From: Balanoglossus misakiensis
Taxonomy: Eukaryota; Animalia; Hemichordata
DNA length: 64,000 nt
Reading direction: 5' to 3'
Assembly (NCBI GenBank): GCA_040954595.2
Contig: CM082597.2
Coordinates: forward strand, 2,186,835 to 2,250,834
In this document: positions 27,890-62,589 of the stretch, in pieces
How the letters are laid out: each line of letters opens with the position of its first letter
How positions within the stretch are numbered: the stretch's first letter is position 1
The notes under the pieces: generated by a model
Databases searched by the model: none
Told to the model about the DNA's origin: nothing
The model's input: the letters and a program-made list of their open reading frames with translations, nothing else
Position numbers and translations under genes: made by a program

Positions 27890-27970
27890 GTCTCATGCCG
27901 TTACCTGTCCACTCAGCCGTACCTACAAAGTACATATACACACGCTGTCGGCGCACATACACACAGTTAA
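27890..27970 (+). promoter_or_regulatory. Candidate core promoter of ovo-A
   Basis: TATA-like CATATACA near 27933, an Inr-like CAGTT about 30 nt downstream (27964) and a CCGTTA Ovo-type site at 27898. The ATG follows about 165 nt later. Inference only. Confidence 0.35.
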
Positions 27971-28128
27971 CGCGCACACTCGCCCAATCAACATTTACAG
28001 CGCCCGGACCCCCGCGTCTCCGGGCTCTTCCTCCGCTCATCACGCAAGACCCTACCATTTTTTTTCTCCCCCGTTCTCTCCCGCTGCAGTGTTCACACCC
28101 GTCGCCGTCAACGGACGTCCCACCGACC

Positions 28129-36254
<8,126 letters not shown>

Positions 36255-39200
36255 TTTCTGGACAATGTCTGTCGACTTTGCGACACCAGTCCCTTTTGCG
36301 ACATCAATGGCGGACAGACATACAGACAGACATGCAAAGACTGTTACAGACTTTCATAGTTTTCCAGTGCAATGAACAATCATAGACCATGGAGCTCTAT
36401 GGTCTATGGAACAACAAACAAGCGGGGAACATGTCTCCGTGTTGATAGGCAATATCAAAACCACGTATTGAAAACTGCCAATTAATTTCATTGGTGTATT
36501 TAAAAAAAACAACTTTTGAAAGGTGGCAGGGTTTTATATTTTCTTTTCAAAAATTAGAAACGTCTACCGTTTAGCTACGAATTTAGATCACGCTGTCCTC
36601 GTCATATTTTATCCTAAATTCGCTAGTACGAGTTTTAATATCGGAAATTAGGATTATTTTCATCCTGCCTTTAAAAGTTATTGTGACGTTTTCATATTTC
36701 TGTTAACGTATTTTATTATACCATATGTTATCATATCAGCTTTCGTTTTGGAACATTAAAGTTAATCATGTCGTTGTATTAAAAAAAATTCTGACATGGG
36801 TAATCTCTTCTCGGTTACGGTGAGGGGAGGGAGGGAGGGAGTTTGTCTCTCCAGACAGCTACTAGTTTAGAAAGTATTAGAGACACGCATGTATGTCGAC
36901 CTAACCATATTTGGCATGTGCCTGAAGGTTAAACCCGGACAAACATGATTTTTATTGTGGCGACTGCTCTTAGCCATTGACTGTGATGAGGCAAAGACTC
37001 GTTTTTATGATCTGGCTTAAATCTTTAAGACCCACGCTTCTGACAAAAGAATAAAATAAATGTAGTGCACCTGTTCTGTTGGCATGGGACCGCGCCCGAG
37101 GTTGTGTCTCCTCTAAAGGAAAACGGTAAAAGTTACGATACCCCGCAAAAACGATAGAATTTCTCATCTCTTTTCAAGTTGAGAGAAGGAAATTCCTAGC
37201 TTTGCACGTACGCAGTGGTTATTGCTTCACGCGCCGTGTTTTTAGACAGCAGCGTTGGCCACACGGAAAAATAATGAGGCATTATGCACAAGTTTCGGCT
37301 GAACAGTACCTGTCGCGTCGCGACCTCTTTGGGGGGCGGGCCGATTTAAACTATGGCTGGTGGAACACAAATTGAATGCACTATTCACTAAAAAGTGTGC
37401 AGGTACGCATGATTTATGGACATACCTTCATCTTGGTGGAAAAATAAAACCAAAACAAAACAAAGCAAGACAAGCCCTTGGGTTGTTTTCAAGAGTGTCA
37501 AAATCGCCAATATTTGCAAGTTGGCGCGGCCAATTCCGTTGTACGCAGAATCTGACGAATGACTGGACGATTAACTAGACCAAACCTCAAGAAAAGAATT
37601 CTTGTCGTTTTGACAATTAAATATTCGTCCTCACCTATCACACGTCAGAACACCGAAAGTTGAACTTGCGATATTTAGCTACAGTTATTACGGCAGGAGT
37701 CTGTGATTGAACCAAGAATACAGTAGTTAGAATGTTGGATTTTGCTAATGGTTGCAGTTGTTGTCTCAACGTGATCGTGACATGCATACGTGCACTAACG
37801 AAATTATACCATGTCACCTGTCATGAAGATTTGGGACCGTGCCGAAAAGGTTTAGAATTTCCACCGGGCCGCTTCGTGTCGAAACCGTCGTCTGCGTTCA
37901 CTGTGAGGTCGGCCAGAAATTCTTGGTGGTTGGCAAGGCGACGGAAGCCAAGAGGAAAACGAGTTTACTTCGGATTAACTCCGGATTAACGTTGCCATGG
38001 TAAAGTATGTTAACTGTGAGGACAGGTTTTTGTCAAGATGGTGAGTGGTTTGATTGCTGGGTTTATAGAAGCCCCACTCTGCGCTTCTGCGCGTTTTGGT
38101 CCATTGTTCGGAACTGAAGTAACGACGTCAAATAAATTGGCTCAAAATGGCGGCCATCGGATGCAGCAGGATTCGCTGTTTTTGTCTTGTTCTTGTTTTA
38201 GTATGAGTAGAATGCATTCGGGTTAGCTGTGTTTGGATGAAACCTTTTTTACTCGCTCATACAACTATTTGACGGTACCAGCGATACCCGAATTTTACTT
38301 TCTGGGGATTTACACTTTAGGGTCAAACGACCATGTGCTCAGAAAGTTAATTTGATGAAGAAATAGTGATCAGATTCGATTCATGGATTTCACCTCGCTG
38401 TGTTTTTAAAATCTGACTTCCAAGTATAAATACCACTTAAACTGTAGTACCGTGACAGACAGACAAACAAACAGGCAAACAGACAGGTGAATGGGACAAG
38501 GCGCGCGGACAGGCGACGCTGCAAACAATACCTGCAAAGCGAACTTCAACCAGAAACATTTTTATGACCCGCTATACAAAGACACCCATCGAACAGACAA
38601 CCGCCGTGGAGCTATTTGCCACACACCGATTTACTCCAACAAGCTCAGCAGCCGTACAAGAATACATCTATCACCATATGATATACAGCCTACCTGTTGA
38701 CACGGCGTCGATAACCCTCGAGTTATACACATAGTTTCCACATGCTTGCCTTCCCACTATGTCAATAATCACTCTCCTGGAATGAACTTTGAAAGGACTC
38801 ATCATATTTTAGTGCAGTTCAGGGTCAAAGGTCAAGGAAGAGTACTCAGGTGTCCGGTTACCTGTTCTCTATAGAAATTATCGGTTGCTGGCTTCCCGCC
38901 GAAAAGTTGGACCAAAGTCTCAAAACACCGTGCATTAATTTTTGATCGCTTCGTGATAGGGTATTACAGGACTACCAACAATGCGTTTAACAAACTCACG
39001 GGATTTTTGTCTTTTTGCAATCGAGAAAGAGGTTTGGGAAATTTATGACTTCAGTGTCAACAAGGGTGAAAGCCAATAGTTTCACTGGAGTTTTAAAGGG
39101 GAAGCTAACCTAAATTGCACTTCTGCTGGTCAGGTTGTGCAGACAACAGCGAGCACCGCCGGACAAAAGGCGCACTTGCATTTATGTGAAGACCAACAGC

Positions 39201-42200
39201 GGACAGATATATCAGGTCAGGTCTCGGGCAGAAACGAAGACCGACAAACGCACTTTAAATCCGGGGGTCAGACAAAACAAGTGTGACGCGACGTGCACTG
39301 AGAAGCCGCTAAAAACTGGCGGGCTTTTAATCCCCTTTTCAACCATAGTCCAAAAATGGACGACATCAACCCACGCGACGTAGCCTCGCCCTCTGGAAAC
39401 GATATCTACTCATGACTGTAACTGACTATTGATGTTCACCTGTATCTAGTCGAAATCACAAAGAAACACTCTTTTAGACCTTGAATTTCAAGGTTCTGGA
39501 ATTTAGTTTAGTTTTCTCAAGTGCACTAGAAAACTCACTCAGCTGCATAGGCGGCGTCTTCTTGTATAATATTAATGAATTATACGGTCTTTTCCATGCG
39601 GGCTTTCAAGATTCAATAACTCGTGACAATATGGTTAATCATACTAATTAATCCTTTTAATTTCGTTCTCCAGTTGATTGATGTTGGGACGATGAGCGTT
39701 CACACCACTGCTAGTAGAAGTCCACCTATTATCATTTCTTTTCACGGGGAAAATTTCACCACGTTGGCGGAGGCAAGTTACATTGTGGCCCAGTAATTGG
39801 AGTACACGTCACACCTACGTGCGACCGTCTGACCGATAGACAAACGCGCCATTTGCAAGTTTTATTTGAGCTAAAATCGAGCACTTCACACGGACGTTAC
39901 TTGTTCTATAAAATTAGCACATTGGTAAAAGTTCTGATTTAAATTTCAAGTGAGTCTGCGCAAAATGTCTATCAAAGATTCATGTTCTTTCGTGCGCTGG
40001 AGATCACGTTCTTCCGGCTGGTTGGTTGGTTGGCTTGTCATGACCGAACGCAACCAAAGTGGAAATTTCAAATTTCTTTGCTTTCTCGAAAGATAACACA
40101 ACACAGAATGCGGATGGATGTTGCTACGAAGGAACGCAGATAAAACTCTCCGAAAACTCGTATTTTTTTTCTAAACTTGAGAGGTTGAATTCGTCGTCGA
40201 TACAATTTACCTCGTTAAAAATGAAATTCGCGCGATGTGAACGGCGTATAACTTACTATGGTATTTACTTTCCATTAATTGCCTGACTTCAAGCGAAACA
40301 CCAACATAAGTAGAACGTGTTTCAAAATAGTCAAAAATGACACGATTCGCCATTATGCATGATGACGCAATCGGGTAAAAAGGAAACAAGATCGTGCGGC
40401 CGCTCCCCAACAAGTTTGCCCTCCCCGGGGAAATTAAACCATTCCATTAGCCACACTTCACTGCAGGGTACGCGCCAACTGCCCGCATACTACCTGGCAA
40501 ACGAAATGAAATGTCGAGGTAAAATTGTGTGGGTTTCTTTAGTAATCGTGAAAGGAAATATTATTAATTCATTTTCAGTTGGAAGTGAAAACGACTGGCG
40601 CGCTTACAGATGAGTAGGACGCGGTGTCTGCGCGCCCGCCGCTCCTGATCGTATTCCTCGGCTTTGTTGCATAGACCCGTGTGGTGTCTCAACTTGTACC
40701 GTTGATCGCTATTATAAGTTTCCCTCTACATGCGACTCCCTTTCTGTAGATTCTCCGGGACGAGCAAAGACCTGCCCTGGACATGACGCAACACTGGGGA
40801 CTGATACAAGACGTGGGAACTGTCTAGACACTGTCTTTATGATCATCTGCCCAGGCAAAGAAAAGGGGAGGGATGGTTCGGGGAACTGGGCTCATTTAAC
40901 GGGGGCAAAGCCAAAAGATTAATGAAATATTCATCAAGAACTGGTTTCCATGAGAAAAAAACTAGTTGTGACTTTTTTGTCTTTTGAAAAATCCCACGTA
41001 TACGCTAGCTTTGATAAACTGGATCTCTCACAGGAATTCTGCCGTGTGTTTCTTTGGGGGTTTTGTTTGGCTTTGAAAGGTGATGCTAAACGCGACAAAG
41101 TAGCTGTCACGAATCGTTTGCCCGTCTGATTTGTCTGCCTGCACGTTTGATTCTGTATCGAAGTGTCGAGCCGCTCCAGTAGAACTACAAAGCACCGGGA
41201 AGACCAACGGGGAGATACGAAGGTCCCCCATTTCTGCTGTGTGTCGTTTCGCTTGCTTGTTCCCATCTCAAAAAGTCTCTACAGATCGCATTCGCAATAA
41301 ATACGGGATTTTGTGCAAATGAAAAAAAGGGTTGTGCTGTCATTATATAATCAAAGTAGCATTATCGGAACATATCTGAAACCCAGCAGTTTTGCAAGGT
41401 TGTCTGTGATTGGCCAGTTTCCATGCATTCTTTTGTTAACACAATCCGCATGCAACAGGTGTTTTGAAGTCTTAACCTATGAGATTAGACCTTCCGAAAC
41501 CCCGCGCTGAATATTTTGTCGTCATGTGTTTGAAAACAAAACAAAATCGATTTGTGTTTCACGGTTTTCGAACTCAGGCCTATACTGTGCTCATTTGCAC
41601 AGCTATATCAAGTCTGGACACGAAGCCAATCGGCAGGGACGTTTTGGAATCGAGACGAGATTGCTGGAATGGGAAGTTTCGTTTAAGTGACTAATGTTTA
41701 GCGTAAGTTTATTTATGGCCGACAGACTCGAAATGTGCTCGCCACTGCCTCTTGAGAACTGTTTCACTTGAAACTGAAGTAATCAAAATAGTCAAAATGT
41801 AGCGAATTAACTGATGCAGAGAGGGAGTATCTGGTATGGTACAGAACGATCACAGCTAACAATAATGACAATATGCTAATCAAGCTGCAGCACTTTACTT
41901 CCAAGCACTTAATCGACGCTAAGTTGTATGCCTAATTGGTCCCTAATTAGTCTGGTAATCAAACTGTGGAATACGGGACGCCTCGTTCGATGCTCTGACG
42001 GTATTTGTCCTGGTCAATTCCCTGCCTCTCTGTCACTCTCTCTCTCTCTTACTCTTGCTAATTAAATGTGCGTTGTATCACCAACAATCGTTATGGGAAA
42101 GTTTGTTCATTTTTCAAAAATAAGTCTATATTTCGACACAGCGATGCGATTTTCGAAGCTCAGACGCCTAATTGTGGGACGGGAGGATAATGAGATTGGC

Positions 42201-42432
42201 GGGAACAATTGCTCTGCACGGGGTAATCGTCACACCTTTAATTCGCCACTTGCGTGTCCGTGAATACGAACAGTTTTTCCCCGTTGTTGTTGAAGACACT
42301 TGGTAATGCACTGGTATAATTGACAATAGGTGTTAACGTTGTGCCAAAACAATTTCATTGTATCCACAGAGTGATTTGAAGCAATCATGACAGTATAATT
42401 ATGTCTCTAATACCCCAAGGTTGTTACCTGTG

Positions 42433-42548
42433 TCTCTCCCCTCTCTCTCCCCTCTCTCTCTGTCTCTCTTTCTCTATCTCTTTCTCTCTCTCTCCCTCCC
42501 CCTCTCTCTTCCCTCTACCTCTCGCTCTCCGTCTATCTCATTCTCTCT
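42433..42548. repeat. Degenerate (CT)n pyrimidine tract
   Basis: Visible directly. Confidence 0.8.
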
Positions 42549-44583
42549 AGCTATGTATGCATCTAGCCAAGACTCTGTGTTCTTTCATTGTTGAAATGGC
42601 AAATTCTTTTCAAATTAAGTAACAGTGCGTCCTCGCAAATGAGTCTGCCTGTTTCTACTCGTCTGCTCGCCCAGCGTTTGTCTTACTCAATTGTCAATTC
42701 CTCTTACTTATTCTGACCCTCTCGGTTTTCTACTTTGTTCCAAACAAATCGATTATTTCGCGTCAATTTGCGTCACCCTCCTGTGTGATGGCACTCCATT
42801 AACTGTGGCACAATGACATTTACCACTACTGGTTATTCAAAGGTACCTTTCTGTGTAACAATTCTAAACAGTTTCTCAGGAAAGAAAAAACGAGATTCCT
42901 TTAAATAAAATGATGCCAATGGAAGATAGGTCAACGACCGATAAACACAAGCTTGAATATTTTCCCTTGTAGTTTTTTGAATGCAGATACCTGCGTTTTT
43001 GCATCACTTTGACCACCCTGGCATTCTCTCGGTTGTGGGACAAAGAAAGAGTATGCAGACGAAATTTCTTTCGGTGAAACACAGGTGACAAATCAGGCAT
43101 GGCCCAGACTCAACAGACAGGCAGAGAACAATAGAGCGCGGCAAATGTTTCCAAAAGACACCGCGCAGACGACACATCGAACGTGGACGCCATTTTAACC
43201 GTGCAAGTGTTGGACTGGTGTGTTCTTTGGAGATGTGGGTTTGGGAAGGGGTGCTGACTTTTGTCCTGTCTGGTCGTCAGACGGCGCGTGTTGGGGCCGG
43301 AGTGTCTCATTATTTGCTTTCCGTGACTCGATGAACTGTCTCAGTCCATTAAGGGTGCCGCCTTTGTGTACTTAGGTGGGCTAAAGCTAGCATAACGGTG
43401 CACACCTCTTCATTATCGACTCCTTAAGATACTCTTAATCGGCCAAAAACACACAAAACTCAAGTGGTACCATGAGGGCGGTGTTTGGTCGTGGTTATAG
43501 AAATACCAACACGGCCCAGACGACGACAAGTGGACACTGATTCTCTGTCTAGCGCCCTCGCTCGGCCAGGTGAACAAGTAAAGACATTTGATATGCTTAT
43601 GAAGACTACAATAAAATTCGTAAGTTAACCTACCTTTGTCACTTGGGTACTTGCTGTCGATTGTTTCGTCGAAATATTGCATCTGGGCTTGCAACGTTAA
43701 CTGGTAACTTGTATGGTTGAACAACTGGCATAGCAGAACCCTGGAGTGGTCTGGCGCTGTGCAGTATAATGGTGACGGCTCCTGGGAAGAGGACAGAGTG
43801 TTATAAGTTTAAACATTGAGGGCGCACATTCAACCAGAAGGTAAATTGGCCGAAGTTGGCGGGGCGGGAGTGTGACAATCTTAAAGCCCCTCCTCTCAAT
43901 CCCATGTGTGAGAGAAAATTTGAATTTTGTATGCTTCAAGTGGAGTGTCTTTTTCTACTTTCTGACGCATGCGTGGCAGTTTACGTTTGGACGACATAAT
44001 CTGGCACCGTTGAGGTCACCCGGTTGGGGTCAACAGTCGAACGTTAGAAAGTATCAGTGCGGCAAAACATATGCATTGAAGGGTTTTCCTATTGACGTGC
44101 GCGTTGTGGTTAAGTTTCAATAGCCGCTGCGTTGCGTTGGTCGGCTGCCGGAAACCTTTGTCATCTTCTGACGCAAGCGATGTTATTCTGTTGAGTCGTA
44201 GTATTATGGTTGTGTTTTTTCTTAATTTTCGTAGTGGCATTTACCATGGTATTAATAAGCAACAGTTGACAATGTTGTTTTTAATGGCGATTTTTGTCAA
44301 ATGGTTTAGATCTTGTCTTGACAACTTGCTGTGAGTGTGTATCACTTCACGCATGTGCCTTTTAGGATAAAACTTAAAAAGCGTTTTCGAGGAGAAAAAA
44401 AGAAAACGGTTCTCTCTGCAAATTGCAGTCGCGTCCCTTGGAATGTGTTTGAAATTCACTGAATGCCTGAGTTTTCGCTCGATATCACGCTTTCAGCGGT
44501 TGTTTATCTAAGAGGACCCCCGCAACGAGCAGAATCGAATTCCACCTCGCTGTATTTCTACTCTTGTCTGTCATGCCTCACCT

Positions 44584-44650
44584 AAACAGGTCGCTCCGAC
44601 CGTTACTTTTTGTGGGCCGCTGCTGCGCCTGCGCAGGTACATATAAAGAA
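44584..44650 (+). promoter_or_regulatory. Candidate core promoter of ovo-B
   Basis: TATAAA at 44642-44647, preceded by GC-rich TGCGCCTGCGCA and by CCGTTA at 44600, about 345 nt upstream of the ATG. Confidence 0.4.
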
Positions 44651-44988
44651 ACCCAGCGTTCCGCTCGTTGACTTTCAAAGCGGTGGGGTCCCCACAATTA
44701 TGCATTGAGTAGTTCCATGAGTGCACTTCACGCTAGACTGTGCGAGGCAGACGGATACATTTACTGCCGTAAACTGACTAAGTGTCTCGCCTTCTCTCAG
44801 TCAGTCAAACGGTGTTCAAGCAACTCCTCACATCCGTTACATACACACCCCCTGCTGAGTTCAACCAACGGGAAAACTTGGTGTGCTTAAAAGAGGAGAA
44901 AGTTTAGTTTTATCATCGTCCGCACCGGCGGTTAATTGAAAGTCACGGACAAGGCTAAAATCTCTCCAACTTCTCAGACGATCGCAAC

Positions 44989-49864
<4,876 letters not shown>

Positions 49865-51223
49865 TTGTACCGCCACCATGGTTCTGTTGAGGAAAAGGCA
49901 AAGGAATACTGGATTTCCTTTGGCCTCCATTGGTGGCGCTCATCATATCAGAATTTGGCAACGTTCACTTGTTGACCCATGTGTACACCTTTGATGTAAA
50001 CTAAACGGCAGGTAGTACACAAAATGCCATGGTCTACCAAGGCCACGTCCATGAACTGTGTTGAAGGTGGCAATCGGGCGATGTTCTGCCAAAACTTTGT
50101 GGGATCGATCGCCGGTCAAGGGCGACTGTAGATCACGACCTCTAACTGGTCAGGAGGGAGTAGAAATGGAAATCAAATACACAAATCTTATAGAAAAAGC
50201 TGTAAATTTATTTGTAAATTGCACCAAAACGAAAAACACATTTCGCAATCCCAAAAGAAGCTATGACACCATAATTATGGCAAAATTATCGTCTCGTGTA
50301 AATCATTCGTGAATCATCGTTTTACATCGGTGCTAGAGTTGTATTGATTGCATATGAAAAGTCACATTTGCATAATCACTTATTTGTTTCAAATCTTTGA
50401 TTTTACGCTGTCAGCATCCTATGAGCTAGTCGATCAATAGACGCCACAATCATCTGGAGATTAAATTACTTGGAAGACTTGGCTACCCAAGACAAGTAAA
50501 CCGTGTAGCTGTTTAGATTTTAATTAAAAAGAAATTCAAATATTATCACATTGTCGAAAATGGCGTTCAATATTTTATGAACACCGAACGTTTCAATATC
50601 ATGGTTAGACTACGTCACATCCGGGAGGAATTCGCGGGTTAGTATTAAACAACATTTTAAAAATATCACTGAACGACAAAAAGTGACAAAACTTCAAGGT
50701 CGGTCATCTTTGAACTACTATAAAGAATTCTAGATATAAGAACTATCCAACACCAGTATAATAGAAACGCTAAAGAAAAAAAATGCCGTAGATTAAAGCT
50801 AAAAAGTAAAGATTGTCATGAAAAAAATCGGGCTCGAATATGGCAGAACACCAGATAAAGTAAAACGCTTTTTAAACGTAGCAGACAGCAAGTCTTTGTT
50901 AATTTGCGTTAAATTATTTAACAAAATATTATACAAAGTGAAAAGTCACATTTCAAAATGAACATTCATTGCTTTCTGAAACAGAGTTTCAACAAATACT
51001 TCAATAACAAATTAAGGTCCCGGATGTTTGCAAATACCCGAGATAAACAAACCGATATTACTCTATAAAAACAAATATCACAGATCGCATCGTATTGAAG
51101 AAAAAAAATAACAATTTCTACCAAAGATGGAGTTCAAAATGATCGCACAGTTGATCTTTCTGAAAAAAGATGAATTAAATCAGACAGTGACAATATCCCT
51201 ACACCGTTTTCTCGACAGAAAAA

Positions 51224-51244
51224 TAACACTGTCTGTGGAGATGT
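51224..51244 (-). promoter_or_regulatory. Candidate miR-141/miR-200a target site (8mer plus extended pairing) in the presumed ovo-C 3' UTR
   Basis: The plus strand reads TAACACTGTCTG-TGGAGATGT, identical to nt 1-12 of miR-141/200a (UAACACUGUCUG) with further 3' similarity. The minus-strand RNA is therefore complementary to the miRNA. Confidence 0.5.
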
Positions 51245-53159
51245 AACTTACAAAATAAAAAAAAACTCGTTCAGAAAAGAGTTTAGTACAACTTTTCACA
51301 CTGTAAAAAACACCAGAGTGAGTAAATACACAATAGGCACTTCTTTAAACAATAGGCCTGCAAACAATAGGCCTGGTACTAGGTGGGACAATTTTAAAAG
51401 CTTTTAAAGCTTGCTGAAAAATTGGTTTAGTCTAAAGAAACACGCCGCGTAAAATGGCCGCGTTACTAAAGCTTAGTGAGGTTTTCCTCAAAATTTGCTC
51501 ACAAAATTATCTATGTGCTAAAAATATTATTAGTCCACTGACCACTGTGTAAATCACGCTAAATTGTAGGCACTTTTGCGAATTATTATCAGTAAACGAA
51601 ATATTGCTCCCTAATAATATACAGATAACAGCCAATCAGAGAGTCACACTGCTCAACCAATCAGAATCCACGTTTCTGCGAAACAGGTTTCCCTATTACC
51701 CGTCCCTTTGAGCTTAGCTCATTGGGGCAGGAACTAGCCATGAGTAATTTGTAAAGTACTGAGTTTCGGTCGGTCTATCTAAAAGCTGCTAATGAAATAT
51801 CGCGTTAAACGAGACTGTGCTACCCCCGAGATTTCAACAAGAACCCAGGGTTCCAGAGCGGACAGCGTGTCCATATTAGTACAGTGTAGGGGACACGTTC
51901 TGATTATATGATATAAATAAATACTATTTTTACATCCAAATAATTCAAATTATGATTTGAAGCTGACGGACGAGAGTCAATCAACAAATTTACAGTCAAT
52001 CTACCAAGCAATGTGTGACCTTTAACCTTTGGCTACGTAGTGACGCCAAAGCGATAAGTCACCGTGCGATTTACTTGTCAATGTATGAGAAATACGAGTA
52101 AATAGCATAAAACGAATTCTCTTATTGGTGGAAGTGAAGTAACATCCACTGTGTGAACCAATCAGCTTTAACGATAATTATCAGTTTGGCACTGACGACA
52201 AGTTTTACCTGCGGCTGGATTTTTTCAGTCGAGTGTAGCGCGCTACGGTGTCCTCTCTATGACAAGAGAATGCAGCCTTGTTTTCAGGTGCATAACTGCG
52301 GTCTAATCTCGAACGCTACTTCATCGCTCCTTTAGTGCTTGAAAGGTTAATTGGTGTTAAGCACAGAAGAACATAATCAACTTGTTATCGCCACAGTCCT
52401 TCCGACTTTCAAGGTTTCCCTTCTATTCTTCACCCACTTCTGCCACTTGTTAACTGAATACACTTTCTCGTGTTTTTTTGTAGTCACGGATGGTCAGCTA
52501 TGCGTGGGAAATAACTCCCTATTTTCTGCGGGTTATATTTCGCAAGCTTCGGTTACGTGGGTGATTTGTGAGAATGGACAGCCAAGTTTTGCAAGGAGGA
52601 AGAAAATTGACGAAATACAAAACCTTAGAACGAACTCTAATGGAAGTGTACAGAAAACAAACACCTTGATAACTTGTCTGTTTAGGACAAGGGATAATCT
52701 ATTTTGCAACGACCATCACGTGACGTGGTAACATGGCCAATTAACGACCAAGCAAATCTGGGTTTGACGTCATAGCGAGACCAAACGTTGGGTTTTCAGT
52801 GACAATATCACTATCGGTTCAGTGAGTAATACGACCCCCACCTTACATCAAGCCCGGGGCACTGGTCTCTTGGTCTCTGTGGGAAAATGGTCTCGCGAAA
52901 GATAAAGCCAAAACCCGTACTTGGAAACATTATTTTGAACTTTCACATGGAAAGAAAAATAATTCTACCGACCACTCGTTTCCCGCGTAAACGACAACTC
53001 GCGAACCGTCATAACACAAAAGAAAAATCATGTACATTGTAACTACAATATAGGATTAAATGAATAAATTAAGTGAGTACGGCGGGTTCAAAAGTTAAAA
53101 GAGGACAAAATCGAGTACATGTACACGTACTGTATACATCTTTTCCATGGAGACACATT

Positions 53160-62589
<9,430 letters not shown>

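Noticed and set aside
36800-44500. ORFs of 60-110 aa between ovo-A and ovo-B
   Set aside because: They show no homology cues, have random-like composition and lack splice-consistent structure.
51170-51250. Possible miR-141/200 precursor on the plus strand
   Set aside because: It has only a 9-bp stem with a loop of about 37 nt and no pairing of the 3' half. This is not a Drosha/Dicer hairpin and is better read as a target site on the minus strand.
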